A stretch of 64,000 nt of DNA from an uncultured Acidobacteriaceae bacterium (GTDB taxonomy: Bacteria > Acidobacteriota > Terriglobia > Terriglobales > Acidobacteriaceae), in contig CAZXKO010000038.1 in assembly GCA_964641665.1 (NCBI GenBank), positions 118,271 through 182,270 of the forward strand. The letters run 5' to 3'. Shown here one piece after another: positions 45,154 to 52,257 of the stretch. Within the stretch, counting starts at the first letter, position 1. Each line of letters opens with the position of its first letter. The position numbers were made by a program, and so were the translations under genes. The notes under the pieces are model-generated. The model ran no database searches. It was not told where the DNA came from and worked only from the letters and a program-made list of their open reading frames with translations.

Positions 45154-45768
45154 TTACATGTTTATCTTTCTCCAGTTGTCAGTTCTCAGTAAATGGAGGC
45201 CCCGCTCTTCGGAGCGGGGCTTTTCTTGATTGGTCGATAGTCGTCGGTCGTTAGCAGGGCCGGAGGGTCTGTGACCGACGGACCGATGCTGGGTACCGCA
45301 GGCAACGTCGTGACCCCACTCAATCGCACAGAACGCGATTGAATGGGCCACCCCGAGCTTACGTGGGCCACCCGCCAGAAAAGGATTGGCCATCCCGCTG
45401 CCCGCCCTTCCCCTTGTGCCGGTTCGGCCGAGAAAGAATTCGCTGCAGACAATCAGAACCATGTATGCCCAGAAGAGTGTGACAGTTTGATGAACGACTA
45501 ATTGGCGAAGGTCCGAATCTACTCCTTGCCGCGTAGCCATCTTGCTCGCGAGCCCCAAGCCTCGAAGACAATAACCCCAAGGCAAGAAAACTAGAATTGG
45601 CACGCAGTATTGCATCAAGCTGCGTTGGGAATGGCTCTCGCGCACCGACCAAAAGTGTTTACCGTATGAGACCTCAAGAGCCACGAGGATGATGGTGGAA
45701 ATAAGAAGGCAAAATAGGGCGAGAAGCGGAAGAGTACGAAGGAATCCTTTTTGCGCGGCTGTCTGCAT
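45154..45768 (-). CDS. doubtful hypothetical membrane protein
   Basis: The N-terminal ~115 aa look like 3-4 TM helices. The C-terminal ~90 aa are translated through a hairpin repeat (45315-47) and a terminator hairpin (45199-45220). Confidence 0.3.
   Translation of the reverse strand: MQTAAQKGFLRTLPLLALFCLLISTIILVALEVSYGKHFWSVRESHSQRSLMQYCVPILVFLPWGYCLRGLGLASKMATRQGVDSDLRQLVVHQTVTLFWAYMVLIVCSEFFLGRTGTRGRAGSGMANPFLAGGPRKLGVAHSIAFCAIEWGHDVACGTQHRSVGHRPSGPANDRRLSTNQEKPRSEERGLHLLRTDNWRKINM
45199..45227 (+). terminator. rho-independent terminator-like hairpin
   Basis: gccccgctc-ttcg-gagcggggc followed by ttttctt. Confidence 0.6.
45315..45347. repeat. hairpin repeat, 7-nt A-rich loop family (copy 1)
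   Basis: cccactcaatcgc-acagaac-gcgattgaatggg (13-bp stem, 1 mismatch). Confidence 0.65.
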
Positions 45769-46116
45769 TCGCTCCGTCCTTCGGCTGCTCGGCCATGATC
45801 GTTCGTGCCTACGCTAAATCATTTCTTAGAGGCTAGACTTTGTGGACAGTTCACTGTCTCGCGAACTCTGCCTATTCCGTAAACAACTTGCGCCCAGCCC
45901 ACCGGCGACAACGCCTGGTGCCGCGCCAATACCCCCTTCTGGGAGCCCGACTGCCGCTAGAAACGCCCCCGTAGCCATGACTTCGTTACCCGTTACGATC
46001 ATTTGCTTTGAGTCTTCACATGGATCCAACCCTACGCTGGCAAAGCCATCTGGCCTTGCTGACCCATTATATTGATGACAGTTTGGGCAGGGCTGGGAAA
46101 AAGTGGGCGAAAAAGT

Positions 46117-46138
46117 GGGGACAGACGGAACGTTCCCC
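46117..46138 (-). repeat. short repeat copy 2 (inverted; core GGGACAGACGG)
   Basis: ggggacagacggaacgttcccc. Its reverse complement carries ccgtctgtcccc. Forms an inverted pair with 46161-46180. Confidence 0.7.
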
Positions 46139-46160
46139 ATTTTCGTGAAGAATTAAAATA

Positions 46161-46180
46161 GGGTATGCCCCGTCTGTCCC
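46161..46180 (+). repeat. short repeat copy 3 (core CCGTCTGTCCC)
   Basis: gggtatgccccgtctgtccc, 18/20 identical to copy 1. Confidence 0.7.
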
Positions 46181-46263
46181 ATAGTGTCTCCTGTCCCCAT
46201 ATGTGTCTCCACACCCCGGTCCGTTTTCAAGTATCCGAACCATCGATTCACTGATTCACAGTT

Positions 46264-46292
46264 CCCACCCTTGCAAAATACGCAAGGGTGGG
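46264..46292. repeat. hairpin repeat, 7-nt A-rich loop family (copy 2)
   Basis: cccacccttgc-aaaatac-gcaagggtggg (perfect 11-bp stem). Confidence 0.7.
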
Positions 46293-46320
46293 GCAACCAT
46301 ACTGGAGCATGGAGCGCCAT

Positions 46321-46340
46321 AAAAGGTGGGCCAGCCCACC
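46321..46340 (-). terminator. terminator candidate after the metallo-beta-lactamase gene
   Basis: The minus strand reads ggtggg-ctgg-cccacc followed by ttttat, 10 nt after the stop codon. Confidence 0.5.
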
Positions 46341-46349
46341 GGAAATCTC

Positions 46350-47225
46350 TCATGGGGCGGCAAGTTTTTGTTTTGACAATTCAGTACGGAACGCTTGTTC
46401 TTTTTCGGCTACAAACTGCTTGTAGCCGTTGGGATCGACGAATGCGTTCGCACCCCTCCCTTTCATGAGAGGGTATTTGGCTTCCAGTCCGAAGTAGTCG
46501 CCGTGGGCGCCGAGGAAGATGGCGCATGGCAGGGACTTCAGAACACCCCACATGCGCTCGTAGTCCTCAGCAATCTGGGGATAAGCCTTATTGTTCACGA
46601 GTTGGTAGCCGGGGTTCACGTTGGGGCTGCCGACGATGACCACGTCGTCGGTCCCACCGGCCTCTGACACCTGCATCGTCCAAGTGGTGCAACCCTTGGT
46701 GTGGCCGGGGGTGAGGTGCGCGATCAGCCTGGTACCGCCAAGTTCTACCGCATCGCCGTCGTGCAGCACGCGGTCCACTTTGGTCGGCCGATAAAGGTTA
46801 GCGGGAGTATTGCCGTACTGGAAGTCGGACTTGCCGCCCGATTCGACGACGGAAACGTCAGCATCCATCACCATGTAGGCGGCGCCGGTGAGCTCCTTGA
46901 TCATCGCGCTGCCGGCGGCGTGGTCCCAGTGCGCGTGACTGATCAAGAGAATTTTTGTGTCCTTGAAGTGGAATCCCAGCTTCTCGATACTCGCTTCGAT
47001 CATCGGCACATTGGCCTCGAGATCGCTATTGATGAGGATGTTGCCTTGCGGTGTGGTGATCAGATAATTCGCAAGCCCCTTACTTCCCACGTAATACAAG
47101 TTGCCGGCAATGTGGAACGGTGGGAAAGGCTCGGTCCAGTCTGAACCGGCCTGCGCCAGAGTGGCGCTGGCAATAGCGAGGGTGAGAACTAATGCTCGGG
47201 AAGTGATCGTGATGCTTCGCGACAT
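46350..47225 (-). CDS. subclass B3 metallo-beta-lactamase-like hydrolase (secreted)
   Basis: Signal peptide. HAHWDH (HxHxDH), HLTPGHTKGCTTW and GAHGDYF zinc-ligand motifs in B3 spacing. EPFPPFHIAGNLYYVGSKGLANYLITT resembles L1/GOB-type enzymes. Confidence 0.85.
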   Translation of the reverse strand: MSRSITITSRALVLTLAIASATLAQAGSDWTEPFPPFHIAGNLYYVGSKGLANYLITTPQGNILINSDLEANVPMIEASIEKLGFHFKDTKILLISHAHWDHAAGSAMIKELTGAAYMVMDADVSVVESGGKSDFQYGNTPANLYRPTKVDRVLHDGDAVELGGTRLIAHLTPGHTKGCTTWTMQVSEAGGTDDVVIVGSPNVNPGYQLVNNKAYPQIAEDYERMWGVLKSLPCAIFLGAHGDYFGLEAKYPLMKGRGANAFVDPNGYKQFVAEKEQAFRTELSKQKLAAP

Positions 47226-47287
47226 ATTCGTCGTAGATCAGAACCTCTGGAAAAAAGTTTGGCCGCAGAGGAGTACAAGCTTGGTGC

Positions 47288-47324
47288 CCCAGGTTCGCGC
47301 CCTGGTCTTGGGCGCTAACCTGGG
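47288..47324. repeat. REP-like hairpin
   Basis: cccaggttcgcgcc-ctggtcttg-ggcgctaacctggg (14-bp stem, 1 mismatch). Confidence 0.6.
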
Positions 47325-47494
47325 ATTGTACTTCGAGGAGGGGAACGGGGGCGCTCTCTCCATGTCGCGCTCTGCAACGTTCCTTCGGTCGAAACGGCTG
47401 TGCGGGAACGATGGAGCGGAATCGACTCCGAGCGGGGCGCAACCGAGTGAACAGGCGACCGAAGGCGTCCCGAGGAAGTAGTTTGCCTGCCCAG

Positions 47495-47521
47495 GTTAGC
47501 GTCCAAAGAACGGACGCTAAC
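47495..47521. repeat. hairpin repeat, 7-nt A-rich loop family (copy 3)
   Basis: gttagcgtcc-aaagaac-ggacgctaac (perfect 10-bp stem), preceded by ccagg as in the 47288 element. Confidence 0.65.
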
Positions 47522-47820
47522 TGCCAACACCAGATCGCCCTCGGATGATTGGATAACCTTAGAGAGGCTGCCGGCGGTACCCCGCGTCGGTTCGTCGGTC
47601 GTAGACCACCGAGTCGATCGAGGAGGGGTGGCATCATTCGTTGGCGTCCGCGCCGGACCGCCCGGGTCTGTGGTAGAAAAAGCAGACAGGTTTTAGGTCC
47701 CCGCCAACGACCACGGGGTCCCTTCGGCTACGCTCAGGGCAAGCTCTTCGACTCGTTCGGCTGTCGCCTCACTCCGCTCAGGATGACATTGTCGAAATGG
47801 TCCAGCTTGACCCGTCGACG

Positions 47821-48573
47821 CTAGGATTGTTTCGATAACGCCGACGCGGCAGCCTGATCGACCAGCCAGACCAGATCGCCGTTCGTGGGGTGAACCAGCT
47901 TGGAAGGGTAGAGGTCTGGGGGCTGGGTGCCTTCCAACACTTCTTTCAGGGCTTCCGCCTTGTCCTGCCCGCTGACAACCAACATCACAGCGGCCGCCTG
48001 ATTAAGGACCGGCAAGGTCAGGGTGATGCGGTCGGTTTTGAACTTCTCCACCCAGTTTGCTACTACCAGGCGGGTCTTTTCCCGCAAAGCCTTCGTCTGC
48101 GGGAAGAGGGACGCCGTATGCCCGTCGGGGCCCATGCCGAGCAGGATCAGATCGAAGCGCGGGAAGGTTCCGGCGGGGGGCCGGAAGAAATCGCGCAGGG
48201 TTTGTTCGTAGGACTCGGCGGCGCGGCTGGCGTCGGGATTTTCGGCGGGGATTCGGAAGACGTTGCCAGCAGGCACGTGTACTTTCGAGAGCAGCGACTC
48301 GAAGGCCATGTGGTAGTTGCTTTCCGGATGGTCGGGCGGGACGTGGCGTTCGTCTCCCCAGAAGAAAAACATTTTGTTCCAGGGGAGACGGTCATGATCG
48401 TTTTTCGCCAGGAGGCCGAAAAACGACTTCGGGGTGGAGCCTCCGGAGAGCGCGACGGTGAAGCGGCGCGCGGTCTTGACGCTTGCCATCGCGCGCGAGG
48501 CGAATTCGCCAGCCGCAGCTTGAAACAGAGCGGGTGGGTCGGCGACGATTCGGAGATCGAGGGGCTTAGGCAT
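47821..48573 (-). CDS. pgl: 6-phosphogluconolactonase
   Basis: 250 aa. LSGGSTPK motif and GMGPDGHTASLFP. Confidence 0.9.
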   Translation of the reverse strand: MPKPLDLRIVADPPALFQAAAGEFASRAMASVKTARRFTVALSGGSTPKSFFGLLAKNDHDRLPWNKMFFFWGDERHVPPDHPESNYHMAFESLLSKVHVPAGNVFRIPAENPDASRAAESYEQTLRDFFRPPAGTFPRFDLILLGMGPDGHTASLFPQTKALREKTRLVVANWVEKFKTDRITLTLPVLNQAAAVMLVVSGQDKAEALKEVLEGTQPPDLYPSKLVHPTNGDLVWLVDQAAASALSKQS

Positions 48574-48579
48574 ACTCGA

Positions 48580-49569
48580 TTAGCTTGTGACTGCCTCTTT
48601 CGCAGCCGCGTAGCGAGCCGCGCCGAACAAGGCGATCTTGTCGTTGACGATGACTCTTACTGGGATGGATTCCAGCAGGGCTTGCATGCGTCCTTTATTG
48701 AGAAACGCCTGCATAAACAAAGGGCCCGCGAGTTTGGAGACGAGCTTGGGGGCGATGCCCCCGCCCAGGTAGATGCCGCCGGTGGCCATGAGCTTCAAGG
48801 CGAGGTTGCCGGCTTCGGCGCCATAGATGGAAATCCAGAGATCAAGCGCGTGCTCTGCGAGAGGACTCTTACCGCTGATGGCAGCGCGCGAGATGGTGGC
48901 CCCGGCGTCGCTGTGGGCGAATTCTTCGGTGAGCCAGGCGGGTTCATCGCCGCGATGGGTGTCGCGGAAGAAGCGGTAGACGTTTACGAGGCCCGGGCCG
49001 GAAACGATGCGTTCGTAACTGACATGGCCGAAACGGGCCGCCAGGTAGCGAAACAAGTCGATTTCCAGTTCGTTGCGGGGAGCGAAGTCACAGTGGCCGC
49101 CTTCGGAGGCGAAGACGTCGTAGTTCTTGCCGTCCCAGTAGAGGCCAGCTTCCCCGAGTCCGGTTCCGGCGGAGATGACACCCTGGTTGCCGACCGGCGT
49201 GCCCTTCACGCGGTTGAGGGAAACCAAGTCTTTTTCTTCAAGACTGGCAATGCCCCAGGCATTGGCTTCGAGGTCGTTGATCAGGTAGACGGAGGGAAGC
49301 GCGAGTTCGCTGGCCAGGCGCGACGCCTCGACGGTCCAGGGCAGATTCGACGTCTCGACCTTGCCGTTGCGGACGGGACCGGCGACACCGAAACAGGCGA
49401 TGCCAGGTCCGGTGCCCTGGGATTTCACGAACTGGGCGACGATTTCGTCCAGGCCACGATGCTCGCGGCTGGGAAAGACTCCTTCGGCGGCGACGGTGAG
49501 GTGTCCGTTCCGTGATTGGAAGTAGGCGAGTCGCGCATTGGTGCCGCCAATGTCGCCGGCGAGAATCAT
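48580..49569 (-). CDS. glk: glucokinase
   Basis: [16 protein letters not shown] start at ATG 49569, which overlaps the zwf stop (ATGA). The upstream part of the ORF (to 49713) lies within the zwf coding region, in a different reading frame. Confidence 0.9.
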   Translation of the reverse strand: MILAGDIGGTNARLAYFQSRNGHLTVAAEGVFPSREHRGLDEIVAQFVKSQGTGPGIACFGVAGPVRNGKVETSNLPWTVEASRLASELALPSVYLINDLEANAWGIASLEEKDLVSLNRVKGTPVGNQGVISAGTGLGEAGLYWDGKNYDVFASEGGHCDFAPRNELEIDLFRYLAARFGHVSYERIVSGPGLVNVYRFFRDTHRGDEPAWLTEEFAHSDAGATISRAAISGKSPLAEHALDLWISIYGAEAGNLALKLMATGGIYLGGGIAPKLVSKLAGPLFMQAFLNKGRMQALLESIPVRVIVNDKIALFGAARYAAAKEAVTS

Positions 49570-51107
49570 TTTTCGAAGTTCCTCCAGCGGCGGCCATCGC
49601 GTTCGAGTAACTCGTCGGCGTCCTTGGGCCCCCAGGTACCGGAGGCGTAGTTGGGGAAGGTCCTGGGAGGCAAGGCGCGCCACACGTCCAGCACCGGGCT
49701 GACCACGCACCACCCGGCTTCGACCATGTCAGCGCGCTGGAAGAGAGTAGCGTCACCGATCATGCAATCGTGGAGCAGGCGTTCGTAGCCGGTGCTCGGT
49801 TGGACGCCGAAGTAGTCGGCGTATTCGAAACTCATATCCACGCTGCCGAGGCGCATCTGGGCTCCGGGAGCTTTCGCGGCGAAGCGCAGCGAGATGCCTT
49901 CCTCGGGCTGGATGTGCAGCACGAGCTGGTTGGGCATGAGGTTCTCGACCGAGGTGTCGCGGAAGAGCACGAACGGGGCGCGGCGGAACTGGATGACGAT
50001 ATGGGTATTGCGGGCAGGCATGCGTTTGCCGGTGCGGAGGTAGAAAGGGACGTCAGCCCAGCGCCAGTTGTCGATCAAAAGCTTCATGGCGACGAAGGTT
50101 TCGGTGCGCGAATCGGGTGGGACACCCGGCTCGGCGCGGTAGGCGGGGACGCGCTGGCCGTTCATCACGCCTTCGCCGTATTGGCCACGCACGGTGCGGG
50201 TGAGCACTTCCTCCGAACTGAGGGGCTGGATTGCGTGCAGAATCTTCGACTGCTCGTCGCGCACGGCGTCGGCCCGGAAGGAAACCGGTGGCTCCATCGC
50301 GGTCAAGGTGATGAGCTGCATGATGTGGTTGGGCACCATGTCGCGCAGAGCACCCGCGGTGTCGTAGTAGCCTCCGCGCTTCTCGACGCCGACGGTTTCC
50401 GCCACTGAAATCTGTATGTGGTCGATGTAACGCCGGTTCCAGATGGGCTCGAAGATTCCGTTCGCAAAACGCAAGGCCAGGATGTTCTGAACCGTTTCTT
50501 TCCCGAGGTAGTGATCGATGCGATAGATCTGCTTCTCGGAAGCGACCTTGAGGAGTTGTTGATTCAGGGCGCGGGCGCTCTCGATGTCGTGCCCGAAAGG
50601 CTTTTCGATGATGACGCGGCGCCAATGATCGTTGCTTTGGTCCATCAGGCCGTCGGCGGCGAGACTTTCTACGATGGGGCCGAACGCGTCGGGCGCGGTG
50701 GCCAGGTAGTAGAAGTAGTTGCCGTGGGTAGAGTGATCCTTGTCGATCTTCTCGAGGAGTTGCTTGAGCTTGGGGTAGGTCGCGGTGTCGTCGAAGTTGC
50801 CGGAGAGGTAGTGCATCCGGCGGACGAACCATTCCCAGAGATCGGGATTTATATCTCCGGTCGCAAACTGCTTCATGTCTTCGGAGACTTTCTTGCGGTA
50901 GTCTTCGGTCGACATGGGGCTACGCGCGATGCCGACGACGGCAAACTCACGCGAAAGCAGCTGAGCACGCGCCAGGTTATAGAGCGCGGGGATCAACTTG
51001 CGCCGCGTGAGATCACCCGAGGCGCCGAAGATGACCATCACGCACGGGTCTGCGGGTTTTCCCACGGGCTGTGTTGTGGTGACGGGCGGGGTGGCGGTCT
51101 GGACCAT
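49566..51107 (-). CDS. zwf: glucose-6-phosphate dehydrogenase
   Basis: [20 protein letters not shown] and RIDHYLGKE signature. Confidence 0.95.
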   Translation of the reverse strand: MVQTATPPVTTTQPVGKPADPCVMVIFGASGDLTRRKLIPALYNLARAQLLSREFAVVGIARSPMSTEDYRKKVSEDMKQFATGDINPDLWEWFVRRMHYLSGNFDDTATYPKLKQLLEKIDKDHSTHGNYFYYLATAPDAFGPIVESLAADGLMDQSNDHWRRVIIEKPFGHDIESARALNQQLLKVASEKQIYRIDHYLGKETVQNILALRFANGIFEPIWNRRYIDHIQISVAETVGVEKRGGYYDTAGALRDMVPNHIMQLITLTAMEPPVSFRADAVRDEQSKILHAIQPLSSEEVLTRTVRGQYGEGVMNGQRVPAYRAEPGVPPDSRTETFVAMKLLIDNWRWADVPFYLRTGKRMPARNTHIVIQFRRAPFVLFRDTSVENLMPNQLVLHIQPEEGISLRFAAKAPGAQMRLGSVDMSFEYADYFGVQPSTGYERLLHDCMIGDATLFQRADMVEAGWCVVSPVLDVWRALPPRTFPNYASGTWGPKDADELLERDGRRWRNFEK

Positions 51108-51164
51108 GGATGCCTACCTGATCTTGGTTTTTCGGTTGCGGGAAGCCGGCTGCGGCTGAGAAAG

Positions 51165-52157
51165 CTATGCCGGTTTCCCGGCCGCTTTCGGCTCCACGTG
51201 GCCACCGAACTTTTGCCGCATGGCGGAGAGCATCTTCTCCGCGAAAGTATGTTCCTGGCGCGAACGGAAGCGAACGAAGAGAGCAGCCGATAGCACGTCG
51301 ACGGGAACGGCCTCGTCGATGGCAGCCTGGATCGTCCAGCGGCCTTCGCCGGAATCCTGCACGAAGCCGCTGTATTCGGCCAGGGTGGGATTTTCGGTGA
51401 GCGCCATCGCGGTCAGGTCGAGCAGCCAGGAACTGACGACGCTGCCGCGCCGCCAAACTTCTGCGATGTCGGGCAGGTTGAGGTTGTAGCGCAGATCTTC
51501 AGGGAGTTCTTTGCTGGTGGCGTTCTTGAAAATATCGAAGCCTTCGGCGTAAGCCTGCATGATCCCGTATTCGATGCCGTTGTGGACCATCTTGACGAAG
51601 TGGCCGGAGCCGGAGGGGCCGCAGTGAATGTAGCCTTCCTCGGCGGTGCCGCCGAGTTTCTCGCGGCCCGGGGTGCGGGGAATGTCGCCGATGCCGGGAG
51701 CGAGGGTCTTGAAGATCGGATCGAGCCGCTGCACGGCTTCTTTCGGACCGCCAAGCATCATGCAGTAACCGCGATCGATGCCCCAGACGCCGCCGCTGGT
51801 GCCGACGTCGACGTAGTGAATGCCTTTTTCCTTGAGAGCCTTGGAGCGGCGGACGTCATCTTTGAAGTAGGAGTTGCCGCCGTCGATGATGGTGTCGCCA
51901 GCTTCGAGGTGCTGGGCGAGAGTTTGCACGGTTTGTTCGGTGGGACCGCCGGCCGGAACCATGATCCAGACGGCGCGGGGCGCTTTGAGCTTGCTGACCA
52001 GATCCTGCAGCGAGGCGGATGCGACGGCGCCCTCGCCCGCGAGTCCTTTGACGGCGTCGGGGCTCAGGTCGGAGACGACGATCTGGTGTCCACCGCGCAT
52101 CATGCGGCGCGTCATGTTCGCGCCCATGCGGCCCAGCCCAACCATTCCCATTTGCAT
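51165..52157 (-). CDS. gnd: 6-phosphogluconate dehydrogenase (decarboxylating), short ~330-aa form
   Basis: [13 protein letters not shown] Rossmann motif; GTSGGVWG; [13 protein letters not shown]. Confidence 0.9.
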   Translation of the reverse strand: MQMGMVGLGRMGANMTRRMMRGGHQIVVSDLSPDAVKGLAGEGAVASASLQDLVSKLKAPRAVWIMVPAGGPTEQTVQTLAQHLEAGDTIIDGGNSYFKDDVRRSKALKEKGIHYVDVGTSGGVWGIDRGYCMMLGGPKEAVQRLDPIFKTLAPGIGDIPRTPGREKLGGTAEEGYIHCGPSGSGHFVKMVHNGIEYGIMQAYAEGFDIFKNATSKELPEDLRYNLNLPDIAEVWRRGSVVSSWLLDLTAMALTENPTLAEYSGFVQDSGEGRWTIQAAIDEAVPVDVLSAALFVRFRSRQEHTFAEKMLSAMRQKFGGHVEPKAAGKPA

Positions 52158-52257
52158 TGAATGTTCTCCTCACGAGGCGCAAGCGCCCCGGGCAATGCGA
52201 CGGCTTATCGTCCATCGCGGTGCGATGCGGGACTTCTGTCTGTATCCGGTGGTGAAC

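Noticed and set aside
45826-46140. 104-aa minus-strand ORF with a Gly/Ala-rich hydrophobic segment (..ATGAFLAAVGLPEGGIGAAPGVVAGGLGASC..), considered as a bacteriocin-like peptide.
   Set aside because: Its N-terminus (MGNVPSVPTF) is simply the translated CCGTCTGTCCC repeat. It has no RBS, leader motif, immunity gene or transporter gene nearby. It most likely has no coding function.
47716-47795. Sequence ccttcggctacgctcagggcaagctcttcgac...ctcactccgctcaggatgac and a loosely similar stretch at 21265-21330, which I suspected to be another dispersed repeat family.
   Set aside because: Only weak similarity between the two within-window copies and no clear secondary structure. It cannot be supported without a genome-wide search.
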